Origin: the human T2T-CHM13v2.0 reference genome, Homo sapiens
Direction: 5' to 3' (one strand)
Length of the DNA: 64,000 nucleotides
Assembly (NCBI RefSeq): GCF_009914755.1
Contig: NC_060940.1
Shown here: one piece after another, positions 1 through 13,750 of the stretch
Position numbering within the stretch: position 1 is the stretch's first letter
How the letters are laid out: each line of letters starts with the position of its first letter
Program-made: the position numbers and the translations under genes
The notes under the pieces: model-generated
Told to the model about the DNA's origin: nothing
Database searches by the model: none
What the model saw: only the letters and a program-made list of their open reading frames with translations

Positions 1-225
1 TTACCTCAAAAAACAAGGGAACATAGACTCTAAGACATTTTTATTAAAGCTCAAGGATAAGAGAAAAACATATATGGAGGGAAGTTTTTCCATGTTATGA
101 CACCTTTATTAGAGACAACAAAAAGCGAAGTGGACAAGGCAACTGGTGGACAAGAGTATAGTATTTGATTAAAAATATATCCAACACTATACTCTATAGA
201 TCTAAATTCCATACTTTGAGCCTCA

Positions 226-271
226 ACGTAACGGAGCATAGCATACCATAACACAGCAGAGCAGAGCATAA
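226..271. repeat. Degenerate pentamer repeat (GCATA/GCAGA)n
   Basis: gcata gcata ccata acaca gcaga gcaga gcata. Confidence 0.6.
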
Positions 272-2624
272 CCATGAATTAATTATGAAAAAGTTATCAT
301 TTTTGGTATGAGAGAGGAATGCAAGTATCACAGAATCCAAGTTGCATGCTAGATTCAATCACAGTGCCCAAGGTCTGGTGTGTTTGATGATTTTTTTCTC
401 TGCTCTTAATTAGTATGCTTGCTCTTACTCAAAATGCTCCACGCACCTTTTGCAGATCCCTTAATGCTCAGAGGAAAGGCAGGTTTATTCCACCTCAGGC
501 ATTGGGGAATGAGGGATGAAGACTAATATTACTTTCATTTTATCTGAGGAATGCTTGCATTAACTAACCCACTAAAGTGAAAACTATTCCAATAAACAAT
601 TTCTATTGTGTTTGAATGAAAATTTTAAAGCTTTTATAAATATCAACAGATCTAGAAAGAATATTTTATCTATTTGGATTTATGAAGAAGGGTAAAAAAT
701 GCATTTTGTCAGCACATAAACCACTTAGGAAAAAAAAAAAACAAACACACACCAAGGCCTTTAGTGGAATTTCTTGTGACAATTTGAGAAAACAACCTAA
801 TAGCAGGTAAATATCCAGACATTAGAAAGCTTGCATTATCAGAAGAGCAAATTCCCTACCATGTCTCTATGAATTGAATAGGTGCCTCTAAATATTTAAG
901 AAACTGGAAAAAGACAGATTAATTCATTTTGTACTTGAGCTTATAAATGTGTGCTCATTAACACATTTGATATAAAGAGTAGTTGAGCCAAAGAGTAAAA
1001 TTGTTTTAAAGCACTAGTTTAAGTGAAGTACACAGTGTTTTCAAAATATTGAAATCTTTAATACTGTGAATAGAGAGCTGAAGATATGAAAGAAACTATA
1101 GTACCAAAGGTAGTGTGTTTTCTAAATAACTTGCTTTGATTTGTAGGTCAAATATCCCTGAACATAATCATTTTGTTGAATCTCGTGATCTCCCTGAAGA
1201 TTTTGCATTCACACATATGAAAATAAGACATAACGTGCTTCATCAGGCAAGCCACCAAATGTAGTACAAATCCAACTTTCCTTGCCATCAGCTATACCTC
1301 CATCTTAAATTCTTTCAAGTCTACTTTGACACATTTAATTAATTCCACCTTCAGTTATTTAGCATCTGCTATCTATAAGACGTCACTGGCACAGGAAAGT
1401 CTTCCTCAACACACATCCCACCCAGCATGCCGCAATACAGTGGTGTGTGTTGCTTTTCTGTTTCACCAACTGTAAGATCTTTGGATGCAGAAAGTTTGCC
1501 TTTTTAGTACGTGCATCCTAGAATCTGTTATATGTGTCACTATAAAGAAATCTCTATGGTAAGATTTCAATTAATCCTTGATGAAGGAACAGATAGATAG
1601 TTCGGTAAGTGAGGAAAATGATTACGCATTTCAAGAAACTTCTTACCCAGAAGGAGAAAACAGACTCTAACTAGTCAAAATATCAGTCAGTTGATGGTTT
1701 ATCCTCTTGTGGTGATCCTTGCCTTTCTAGTCTCTGCTCCCATACACTGTGGTCCGCTATGCCATTTGTATCTCGATTTAAATTTCTACCATCAGATACG
1801 AATGAGAGAATGCCTTAAGAAAGGAGTGGCTCAGTCAAGAAGAAAAAGCTAGTTTGTTACCGGGACAAAACACAGAGAACAGCAGTCCTTCATCTCTCTG
1901 CACCTCCCATCTTTCTGTTCTATAACATTTTCTCGTTAGCGTTTTTCTCTAACCTCTTTACAAACTGTTAACCTGATTTGCATTCTGATTTCAAATAACA
2001 AGCTATGTTTCTTTCTAAAACTTCAGCCTTATGACTCTCCCACTTACCTATTAAGCAAGTGTGCCTGGATGTTCAATATCTCAGATTCAATCGTTCAATA
2101 ATGGAACTAATGATATTGATTGCCTATTTTTTCCCATCTCCTACAATCTCTTTCTTGGTTATATTTCGTGTACTATCTTTGTGATTCTATGATTTTGTAC
2201 ATATCTCCCCTTCCATCCAATAAACTCACTTCTTCCTTACAAATGTAGAAAAGTCCTATCATTCTTCAATAGTTAGCTGAAAATTTACTGCTTCCTTTTG
2301 GGAAGAGGCAGCAGGAACAAACAGCCTGAGGATTTTGTAATATCAAATTCAGAGATGTAATGGAGATTTGATTATAAAGTAAATGTAAAGTAGATATAAT
2401 GGTGCTGTATTTATTGTTGAATAAATACATAATAGGCATAAATGAATATGAGAGGGTGAATGTGTAACAAGAGATTCAAAATAACAAGCAGTGTCTTGAG
2501 AAGTCCTGAGTGTATCTAACCCTACACAAATGGAATGCAATGAGAGAAACATATATCACTGATCTTGAACTTATTATTACACTAATTTTTAAAAATTTTA
2601 AAAATTTTAAAAATTAAGTCCCTA

Positions 2625-2710
2625 CAAATATATACACAGTTCAAAACACCACGTTGTACCCCATAAATACATAGAATTATTACTTGTTGATTAAAATGTT
2701 AAAAATAAAT
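2625..2710 (+). mobile_element. Old L1M(A) 3'-terminal fragment
   Basis: caaaacaccacgttgtaccccataaatacatagaattattacttgttgattaaaa resembles L1MA 3' ends. Confidence 0.5.
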
Positions 2711-2736
2711 ACCTATACATACTAAGCTCTGATATA

Positions 2737-3086
2737 CAGTAGTCTTCTCTAATCTGTGGGATATCCATCCCAAGACCCCAGGAGATACATGAAACCATGG
2801 ATAGCATTGAACCCTATATTTACTGTTTTTTTTTCTTTTATCTGATTACCTACATAGGTAGTTGGTGACTAAAGGTGTGGACAAGCTTGACAAAGAGATA
2901 ATTCACATCCCCAGCGAGATGGAGCAAGGCTGCATGAGATTTTATCACAGTTCTCAGAACAGTGCACAATTTATAACTTATGAATTGTTTATTTCTGATA
3001 TTTTCCACTTAATATTATCAGACCAAGGTTGAAAGCAGGCAACTGAAACCTCAGAAAGCAAAACTATGGATAAGGGGGAACTATTG
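2737..3086. mobile_element. MER44 (Tigger7-derived MITE, TcMar-Tigger)
   Basis: Termini CAGTAGTCTTCTCTAATCTGTGG and ATGGATAAGGGGGAACTATTG are decayed MER44 TIRs (CAGTAGTCCCCCCTTATCCGCGG). About 350 bp long, with TA at the left flank. Confidence 0.8.
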
Positions 3087-3214
3087 CATCTGATCCACCT
3101 TGCCAATCCAAATTTCAACCCCATTACCACTTGGGTCTGAGCATATATTCATATAAACTGATGCCAAGTGAAAAAAAAATCCTGCAGTAATTCAGTTAAA
3201 AATATCTGAGCATA

Positions 3215-3303
3215 TTAATAATGCATATTCTTGGATTTTACTCTAAATCAACTAAATAAGAATTTCTGGGGATGGGCCCTGGGTATCTGCATTTCAAACA
3301 AAT
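3215..3303. mobile_element. MER5-type hAT-Charlie fragment
   Basis: aagaatttctggggatgggccctgggtatctgcatttcaaacaa motif. Confidence 0.55.
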
Positions 3304-6269
3304 GTTGTTGGCGTAAAGATCTTCTGGGATGCCTGATAGCCCTTTCACCGTATTCCATTTCTTCCCTTAGGTGTTAGCAGTGGTTAATGGCTTGGATCAA
3401 GCCGTCAGAGGCTCCACTGGGGAAGCTATTATGCTCTGGATTGTGTGGTCCAGCCAGGGTACCAGCTGATAGCAATTTTCCTGCATAATTCCTACTTTCC
3501 TGGTTTAGTGGTAAAATAGCTGCTAAAAAAAAAAAAAAGGAAATGATGCAAGGAAATGTGGTATCCTACAGTGAGCTAAAGTCCAGTGTTTGTCCTTGAA
3601 TCATTTTAAAGTTTAATATGTGATATTAAAACAGCCTGTCTAAACATATATCTTTGGGCAGAAGTCTTAATACACAGTGAAGGCAAGAGAATGGAAGGCA
3701 GTTATGTAGATAAAATTATCATTCAAGCAGTGGACACATTATCATTCCTCCCAGGTTGCTGAGAACGGCATGTGCTTTTGAATCTTAAAATCCACATTCT
3801 TCCTAATATTGGAAATAGTACTGTTTTGATCACACAAGAATGACTTTACATTAAGGTCAAACTGATTTACTTTCCCTCAAATTCACCCACATATGAACAG
3901 GTTAAAATACAGATGGAGAGAGCAGAAACAAATGATTGAAAAAAAAAGATACCTGTGTAGGTCACCCTTATGATTGAAACAGAAATCACATCAAACTCAT
4001 TCAAACTCTTTTTACTGAAAATGTAATCTGATACAATTCCCTTTTGTTGTACACTATAGAGAAATCTAAATACATTTTGAAGTCATGCATTATTTCATTT
4101 TAATACTTTCTTTTAAAATAAAAGGGATTTTTTTTGAATGAGTCTTATAAAATATTCTCAAGATGGTATTTGATTTTCTAAGCTTGCCATCCCTAGTTGA
4201 TAATGGATGTGTGGTACTTCCTGGTAGTGGGTAGTGATATAAAGATGTCCACCATCAAATTCTTCACACTTTAGAATCAGAAGAGTTATGCTTAACAAAT
4301 CCAGAGAATTTTAGGGAATTTGTTCCCTTTCAAAATTCTGATTATTGAAAGGCTTATATTAGGTGCAATTTCTTTATGATGCATATTTCAGAATATTTTT
4401 GAATATCATAGTAGACAGTGCCCAGGCTCTGGAATCATTTTTATTTGCATACCAATCTTATTACCTATTTGGTTGCATTTTAAAATAATTTTTCCAAGGT
4501 AATACCAGATATTTTGACTGTGTTCACATTACTAATTAAGGAACTGAAGATGAAAAAATCTTTGAGGAATACATTTGTTATTCCACCTAAAGTGTTCTTT
4601 CAGAGTTTTTCATGTGTAAAATATTCAATAAAACTTAAACTAATAGTAGTTATTATTACCATATGCAAGATTATCAGTTATCTCAGCTTTGAAACAAAGC
4701 AGAAAGCTACAATCTTTTAAGAATGTTTGGATTCCACACTTTCATACTTTATAATAAATTTTTATTTGGAAGCCTCATAGTTGATATATAAAGTAAATTG
4801 TAAAAAACTAAAAATATATATGTTAAGATAAAAGTAAGGTTCTTCAAGATTCATATTGAGGAAGAGTTCTCAGAATGAAATATGAGGTTATTATAGTATT
4901 CAGATGCAATATAAAGTGGTTTTCAAGCAAATGTTCTACCTAACACAGTGTAAATCCATCATTCAATGCTTTAGGTAATACAGATGTTGATTTAAAACTA
5001 TCTTAATAATAGACAAGCTCATGTGAACTTACATCTTTCTACATCACCAAAGAAAATGCCAAAAGCAACTAGGAAAATGCTATAGTTATGAACCAAATTC
5101 TGAAACTCTCCAGAGATAATGATTCCTAGAAGACAAGACTGTTAGTTGAATGTTTACATCTTCCTATCTCAGGTATTCAGCATTAGACTGTGTATACAGT
5201 AGGTGCTGTTAAATAGCACAGAATTGCCTCTCTTATCTTAATGTGTAGCCCTTTTAGCCCAAGGTCATTGACATCATTTTATAAATTTCTATCTTTTTAT
5301 TTTTGTATTGAGGCCTCTCCTTTTCTTCCTCACAGAATTCTTACATTCATGTATCTCTATTGACTGGAATATTTCAACTATTAAGAGAAATATTTAGTGT
5401 CCTCTAGGAAATTGTATCCATGTCACTTCAGAATACATTTCATTCATCATTAAAGAGCTTACTTCTTTCTTTAAAATAATCTGATATAAGTCAACTTTCT
5501 TTAACTGTGAATTCAGATTTTTCTAAAATGAAAATACAGCATTTCCCCTTCCAAATTCCATGATATTCCATGATGCATGGTTCTAGACTTGCATTATTCT
5601 TGTTTAGTTATTGTACTTAATGTTTTATTCAATATGTACAATAAGTATAACTCATGCATAAAACATGCATTTCTTACCAAGAAAGAAACCACATACTATA
5701 TTTGTTCTTTCTTGTCCATGGAAGAAATTTGAGGCACATTCTCACTTTTTCAGTGAGATTTAGTGACAAGAGACATTTCAATATTTAAAAAGTGTAATTC
5801 AATGTATTTTAAAAACTCTCAAGTAAAGCCCAAACAGAGGATGACAGTCTTGCTGAGCTGAAGATACAGAGATAGGGGGTTGATAATGGTGAAATTGCTG
5901 GAATTTGCAAAAGTGAATACTAGAGTGGAGGAAACTCTGCAGAAAACAGATCTTGTGAAATATGATAAGGTTCATGAATCTTTGGTTGACTACCAAGCTA
6001 CACACATATAGAATGAGAATCCAAGAGGCCTGGCCAGAACAACTACTGGGATAAAATATCAACTGTGGAAATATATGTTGAATGACTACTGTGACTATCA
6101 TAGGGTTGGAAACACTTGAGGTTTGACTATGTAAAGCAGAAAGACCTCACCTAATACATAAGTCATTCAGCAGAGAAACAAGAAAGATACACCATAAAAG
6201 TAGAGAGAAACTAATTCTAGGGAATAGCTACTCTAGATCTACCCTAAACCTGTTGTTAAAAATAAGCCT

Positions 6270-6555
<286 letters not shown>

Positions 6556-7256
6556 CTAAAATTCTATTCATTTCTACCAAACTCAAGGGGCAATAAGAAC
6601 TATAGTGAAATCCAGGTATCTTACCGTTAACAGCTGTGGTGTCTAAAACTCAGACAAAATTCAAGATATGTGAAGAAACAAAAATAAGTTATCTAAAATC
6701 AAGAGAAAAGTCAGTCAATAGAAACCAATATAGAAATGACAGTGATGATAAGATACTCCAAAGCTTTAAAGGAACTGTTGTATGTACATCCAAGTATTTA
6801 AAGAAAAAGAAAACAATAAGAGAAATGGAAGATTATGTACTTTTAAAACACATGGATGTTATATAAATAATAAAATAATATCTGAAATGAAATTTTAGTT
6901 GGTTGCTTTATCAACATATAAAGAACTGCAGAAGAAAAGATCTGTGAATTTGAAGACATTGCAATAGCAACTATCTGAACATGAACACAGAGATGAACAG
7001 AAAGCAAAAAAAAAAAACAAAAAAACTATGAGACAATACCAAGTGGTCTGATATACGTGTAATCAGAGTCCCAGAAGGGGAAAGAGGAGGCAGAAGATAA
7101 ATAAAGAATGAATAAAATGAAAAGTTTTGTCACCAAGAGATCTGCACTGAATAATAGGTTAAAGGAAGTTATTAATCTTGAAGGCAAATTATTCCAGCTA
7201 GAAACATGAATTTAAACAACAAAACAAAAAGTGCCAGAATTGGTAAATATGTGGTT

Positions 7257-7703
7257 CCCAAATGTCCAACAATGATAGACTGGATTAAGAAAATGTGGCA
7301 CATATACACCATGGAATACTATGCAGCCATAAAAAATGATGAGTTCATATCCTTTGTAGGGACATGGATGAAATTGGAAATCATCATTCTCAGTAAAATA
7401 TCGCAAGAACAAAAAACCAAACACCGTATATTCTCACTCATAGGTGGGAATTGAACAATGAGATCACATGGACACATGAAGGGGAATACCACACTCTGGG
7501 GACTGTGGTGGGGTGGGGGGAGGGGGGAGGGATAGCATTGGGAGATATACCTAAGGCTAGATGACGAGTTAGTGGGTGCAGCACACCAGCATGGCACATG
7601 TATACATATGTAACTAACCTGCACAATGTGCACATGTACCCTAAAACTTAAAGTATAATAAAAAAAAATAAAAAAAATAAAAAAAATAAAAAAAAATAAA
7701 AAT
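7257..7703 (+). mobile_element. Young L1 3' end (L1PA2-like), 5'-truncated, patterned (A7-8T)n tail
   Basis: ORF2 C-terminus PKCPTMIDWIKKMWHIYTMEYYAAIKNDEF...HRIFSLIGGN. G-rich 3'UTR tract. Diagnostic GAG at 7566-7568 (not Ta ACA or pre-Ta ACG) and CTTAAAGTATAA terminus. Confidence 0.93.
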
Positions 7704-9799
7704 AGTGTTATCATTTATGAAATTTAAGAAATGCATATTGACTGATTAAATTAAAATAACTCAATTATGACTTTATAATGTATAGAAATAAAATATGAGA
7801 TGAGAGCATAAAGATGTCTATGAAGAAAAATTATTACATTGTAAGAAATATATTATTACATTGCTGTGTGAAGTAGTATAATATTACTTGAAGTTAAAGT
7901 TTGATAAGCTAAAGACAAATATTATAAACTTTAGACTAATGACAATATTAATAATAATAAAAGAGCTATTACTAATAAGTTGACAGAAGACATAAAATTG
8001 AGCACAAAAATAGCCACTTAATACTGAAGAAGACAGTTTAAGATAAAAAATAAAACAGAGTGAACCAGCAAACACGAATTGTAGACTTAAAGTTAACAGT
8101 GTCAAATATTACATAAAAATAAATAGAATAAGTCCTCAAATAAAAAGGCAGTCATTGCATGACTAGATTTAAAAACTTAGTAAGATACAAACTACACACA
8201 CACTCAAAAAAAAAAAAACCACAACGTTTTGCTTGGAAAGTTATAAAGACAAAGAAAATTTAACAAGTAAAATTGCAAAAAAGAAAAAAATATATATAAA
8301 TATACAACTAGAAAATTCTAGTAATAAAAATGCTAGGGTGGTTATACTAATATCATAAGGAAGCTGAAGTGGCTATATTAATATCAAATGAAATAAATCT
8401 TAGAACAATGAATATTAGTGATAAAGAGGGCCATCATAATAATGAAAAGGTCAATTAAATAAGAGACACTAAAAATGATATTAACATTACTTAGTGGTGC
8501 TTCTGATAGGAACACAAGTTTGTTTTTTCTTCAAATTCTGAAAATTAATCAATGGATTAACAGAATAAAGTAGAAAAGCACATGATCATTTCAAGAGATG
8601 AATTTGATAAAATTCAAGATTCATTCATGATCAAATTTTTCAGCAAACTATGAATAGAAGGGGATTTCCTCAACCAATTAAAGGTCAACCACAACAATTT
8701 CAGTTAATATTACACTTAATTTTGAAAGACTGAATATTTTTCCAAAACATCAGCAACAAGCAAGGTTGTACTCTCAACCTTCATTTAACATACAGCTTAG
8801 AAAGAAACACATAAATTGCCTGTATTCATTGACATTGTCATCCTAAAAATAAAAAATACTCATCAAGATGTAGAACATTTCCATCATCCCCCAAATTCCC
8901 TCACTGCTTGCTACCATATGTGTGCAAAGGATTGACTGCAAAGAGAGATAAGAAAACTTTGTAGGGTGACGAAAATATTCTACACCTTGATTATTGTTAA
9001 TAGTGACGTAAGTGTACACATTTGTCAAACTTTTGGAACTGTGCACTTGAAAAGAGGTTTATTGTAAGTCAACTATACCACAAAAAAAGATGGCTTTTTA
9101 TAAACCTTCCAATGTGTTAAATTTAAAACATCTGCCTTCCACAAGCTTGGTTTTCCTTCAGGTCTGGAAGATAGCCTGGAAAATTGGGGTATGTTTTTGT
9201 CTTCTCGCTCCATTCCTCGATTTTTCTCTTTCATTCCAGTATCTGCTGTATCTGATTCTGATCTCTTCATCGTCTTTCCCAGAAAACACAGGGATCAAGG
9301 TAAATGACATAATCTCGTATGGCTGATATAGCTGTAACCTGTCACTGAAGGCCTATGTGAGGAAGATAAAATACTGCTGGTACTTTTCCTTACTGGCATC
9401 TTTCACATGTTCCTCAAAGACTCTTCCAGTGGCAGCCTCCAACTTTAATTATTTTGATACAAATGGGCTCCATTTACTTTACACCATGCTTTTCCTAAAA
9501 AGTCCCCAACTCAGATTTCTGCCATTCCAGGTCCTCTGGCCCTACTAGGACTGGGGTTTCCTTTAAGATGATCCTATGTTTTGCTGCTACTTTATACAGT
9601 CAGAAAATTACATAGAGAGGACAAATTGCAACAACCCCCAATCTTGGAAAACCAAAAACGTGATTTGCTTTGGAAATGTAGTTGGGCTGGAATTTCAGCC
9701 TCTATGTAAGTACATCTATCTATTTTCCTTCTAATACCAGCCAGTCCCAGCTGCAGTCTACATTTGCATATAATAATAACATATAAAATGTTCTGCTAC

Positions 9800-10440
9800 T
9801 GTAAACAAAAAATAAAACTACAAGCCCCCTAACCACCTGAATAGACCCCTCCTGTTGGCCAGGGCACTCCAAAATTAACCTGAACGTCTGGTTCAGGCCA
9901 TGATGGGAAGGAAGGGTCAGACATGCCTCATCATACCCTCCTCCCTTTTGGAATTAAGGAAAAGTCGACCAGCATTTAACGTCAACACAGACCTTAAGTC
10001 TGATAAGAAACCTTTACAATCTATTCTCTCTGAAGCCTGCTACCTTGGGGCTTCATCTGCATGATAAACTTTGGTTTCCACAACCTCTTATGGTAATCCC
10101 GACGTTCCTTTCTATTGTTAATAACCCTTTCATCCAATTGCTAATCAGAAAAATTTAAAATCTACCTATAACCTGGAATCTCCCACCTGCCCCTTGCTCC
10201 CCAACCAACACCCTTCAAGTTGTCCCACCTTTCTGGCCTGAAACAATGTATATCTTACATGTGTTTGATTGAAGTCTCATGTCTCTCTAAAATGTATAAA
10301 ACTAGGCTGTGCCCTGATCAACTTGAGCACATGTTCTCAGAATCTCCTGAGGGCTGTGTCACGGGTCATTGGTCATGACCAATGTTTGGCTCAGAATAAG
10401 TCTCTTCAAATATTTTACAGAGTTTGACTCTTCATCAACA
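9800..10440 (+). mobile_element. ERV1 solo LTR, MER4 family (MER4A-like)
   Basis: TGTAAACAAAAAATAAAA...CATCAACA termini, 641 bp, perfect 4-bp TSD CTAC (9796-9799 and 10441-10444). TATA-like TGTATAAAA and MER4-type body sequence. Confidence 0.88.
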
Positions 10441-10594
10441 CTACTGATGAAACTGCAACTTCCTCTCAACACTATTAACTGTTTGCTCTACCACAGAATA
10501 GAGACCAGGTTAGCCACTTGCTTTTCGTTTTCCTTTTGTGTCAGATATCAATTCCTTTGTCCCTGACGCCCTAAAGCACATGTTAATACCTTCT

Positions 10595-10775
10595 CTTTTT
10601 TTTATACTTTAAGTTCTGGGGTACATGTGCAGAACATGCAGGTTTGTTACATAGGTATACACATGCCATGGTGGTTTGCTGCACCCATCAACCAAAAGAA
10701 CAAAGCTGGAGGTATCATGCTACCCGACTTCAAACTATACTACAAGGCTACAGTAACAAAAATAGCATGATACTG
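10595..10775 (-). mobile_element. Short 5'-inverted L1PA (about PA7/8) insertion with 19-bp TSD
   Basis: L1 3' end on the minus strand (10595-10693) joined to a plus-strand ORF2 piece ([22 protein letters not shown]). TSD gcacatgttaat(a/g)ccttct at 10576-10594 and 10776-10794. Confidence 0.9.
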
Positions 10776-11094
10776 GCACATGTTAATGCCTTCTAATGAC
10801 CCTCTTTGAGTTCTCTTACTGGTAAAATAATTGTAGGAAGCCATATTCTCATACCCTCCCCTGCTAATCTTAAGCACCTTTAAAGCAGTCCTTATTACTG
10901 GCTTCTTTATCTTCGACCACTTTTCATAAGGAGCTGTGACTTACAAACTGATGTTCATTGACTTAGTTCTGAACTTTTGAAATACTTACATAGACAATGT
11001 CATGACCTGGAACTTGGAGTCTGATGGTCATCAACAGTGCTGTTCAGCAAGTGTATCTGACTCACCTTCTAAGGAAACAGTTGGACTGTACCCT

Positions 11095-11195
11095 TAGCCC
11101 CTTCTAAGTTAGAATTGTGTGGTTATCTTATTTGCTTTGGCCAATGAAATGTGAACAGAAGTGACGTACGTCATTTCCAGGCTAAAGATTTAATA
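11095..11195. mobile_element. MaLR MLT1-type LTR fragment
   Basis: ttgctttggccaatgaaatgtgaacagaagtgac...ttccagg is typical of MLT1. Confidence 0.55.
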
Positions 11196-12519
11196 AAAGC
11201 AATTTCTCGTGTTGCATTTTTCTTGCTAGAGTTATCCTAAGTCCCCATAAATCAGTCTATGATGAATTCTTTAAAAATGGAACAATGAGCAAGGATGTTG
11301 GATTTGTTATATTTACACAACCTAAACTAGTTCACAGCCAAAATCAGCTTTTGCATCCACTGTCAAATCTCTGAGATGGGACATTATCAGGAAAATCTTC
11401 ATTTAAAATTCTGTAATTATAATTAATTATGATTACCATATGTTATTAAGTTGTTATCATTATACCAATGGAACAATTTTTTTGAATGCATTTCTGGGCA
11501 GACCATGCAATTAGCATCTGTCAGACATGTACCAGTTACTGTGCTCTGTAAAAAGCAATCTTTTCATGCCCGTAATAATGAACTGAAAATCAAGACTTAG
11601 GCAGAGGCTGTTATTTGTTCAAAGTCACAAAATAACTAAGAGAGAGGACAGATTTTATCTCAAATGATCAATGTTTATTTAAAAAATAAGATGTAATTCA
11701 ATAGTTTATCTTCAAATCATATGTTTGTCATTGGCATCCAAATTCCTTTGAAACTGTACTAATGCGGGGATCAAAATATTAAATCAATCACAAATCATTG
11801 GGCATCTGAAGGAATGTTTGGCTAGATGATGGCTCTAGTTTGTTCCATTCCTGAAGTACTCTAATTCTACCCAAATGACTCTTCAGTGTTTTCTTGAATA
11901 TGTCTCAAGATAAAAGGATCACTGCTTCATTGTAGTCTATGCCATGGTTAAACAACCGAAAAGAATTAGAAAGTTCCTCATTGTATTGTATGGATATCCT
12001 TCTCCAAATATCATTCATTCAATTTTTGAATTTTGTGTTCTGTGAATATAAGTCTTCAGATAAGGTAAAAGCTGTCAAGTGAATGAAAACAATTCTGGTG
12101 ATCTTTTCACAATTTTTTAAACTTAAGCATGTGAGGTTTCTAATAATAGTCCATCAACCATATCCCTGCGTCATTCTTGCCAACCCAAATCTGTTCTCCT
12201 CACTACATCCTGAGATCTGTTTTAAACTTGGGCAAACATACATCTTCAAAACACTTCGGTGATTGTCCATTACTCTAATAAACAAAGTGCTTACCATATT
12301 TGGCAGGTCACATTTCCTCTCTGGCTTCATGCAAACCGTATCAATCTAGTCCATTAAATAAAGCCACATTTGAAGATGATTACACATATTTGTGATTGAT
12401 GGTAGTAGGTGGTAACTTAGGAAAATCACCTATGATAACATGGAACATCCTACCAATGCCGATTCTAATACACGCCGTTCTCTTTCCCTCTCTATTTCCT
12501 TTGAAAATACAACCATTTC

Positions 12520-12935
12520 TGTGTAATACAGTTTTCCCTACTTACCTTCTGTAGGTAAATTCCTTCTCATACTTTACATCTTAGCTCAATCATTATTTAC
12601 TCAGGGGGACTTGAACTTGTGGATGAGAACAAGGATTTTTTTAATACTTATAAATCTGCATAACATCACTTGCTCCCTCCCCTTCGTTTTACACACACAT
12701 ACATACACACACACACAATTGGCACCTATGACATATGTAATTTTAAAACATTAACTTTATTACTTGAGTCATCTGTTTTCTGCCACTATAGATCCCATGG
12801 TTATAACCTGTAAGGTTTTAAATTTCATGGATTTAATACCATTTGCTTATTATCCTTTGTAGATTCTGCACCTAATATAGCACCTAAGACAAAGCTGTAT
12901 ATTAATAAATATTTGTGGCTGAAAGAACAAATAAA
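12520..12935. mobile_element. L2 remnants with an embedded (CA)n (12691-12717)
   Basis: L2 3'-end-like ttaataaatatttgtggctgaaagaa; short CA repeat. Confidence 0.45.
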
Positions 12936-12989
12936 TGTGCCAAGCTGGGCATAATATTTAGTACAGGGCAAAGGGCATTAGAAATTCAT

Positions 12990-13750
12990 TACACCAATGC
13001 AAATTAGAAACTACAAGATATCCCTTTACACCTACTGGAATGACTATAATAGTTTTTTATATATATTTAAAAAAAGGACCGTAAAAGTTGTTTGTGGAGA
13101 CAGGGAGAAATTGGATCACTCTTACATTGCTTTCAAGGATGTACAATGGGGTAGTCACTTTGGAAAACACTTTGGTAGTTTCTTAAAATATTAAACTTAT
13201 CTTTACTATATGACCCAGCCATTTCACTCTGAGCTATCTATGCAAGATAAATGAAAATATGTCCACATAAACACCTGCCCACAAGTGTTTATAGAAGCAT
13301 TATTCACAGTCACCAAAATGTAAGAACAATCCAAATGTCCATCAGCTGCTGCATGAATAAACAAAACATAGCCTATCCACACAATGCAATACTATTTGGC
13401 AATAATAAGAAACAAGGTCCTGATACAAACCACAGCTTGAATGAGCCTCAAACTCACTACTCTACATGAAATTAGACAAATACAAAATCATATACTGTGT
13501 AATTTCATTTATTTAAAATGCCCAGAAAAGGCAAATTTATAGAGACAGAAAGTAGATTCATTATTGTCTGCAGCTCGTGGTGTAAACAGAAAGTGACTGA
13601 AAATGAGCAAGAAGGTTTTTTTTTTTTGAGGTGATAGAAATGTTCTAAGATTACATGGTGCTGATGGTTGCACAGCTTTCTAAATTTGTGAAATATTAAA
13701 TTGTACCACAAAATGGGCAAATTTTATGGAATGTAAATGATTTCTCAAAA
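12990..13750 (+). mobile_element. Old L1 3' region (L1MB/L1ME-like)
   Basis: atgcaaattagaaactacaagata; tatgacccagccatttcactc; ccaaatgtccatcagctg; aggcaaatttatagagacagaaagtagatt. Confidence 0.8.

Noticed and set aside
2583-2616. (TTTTAAAAA)3 quasi-palindrome
   Set aside because: Low-complexity AT slippage product.
7206-7454. 82-aa ORF with a recognisable protein sequence
   Set aside because: It is the C-terminus of L1 ORF2p from a 5'-truncated insertion, fused to unrelated upstream sequence.
11158-11177. Palindrome TGACGTACGTCA (paired CRE half-sites)
   Set aside because: Falls within an MLT1 fragment whose consensus is already quasi-palindromic here; no other support.
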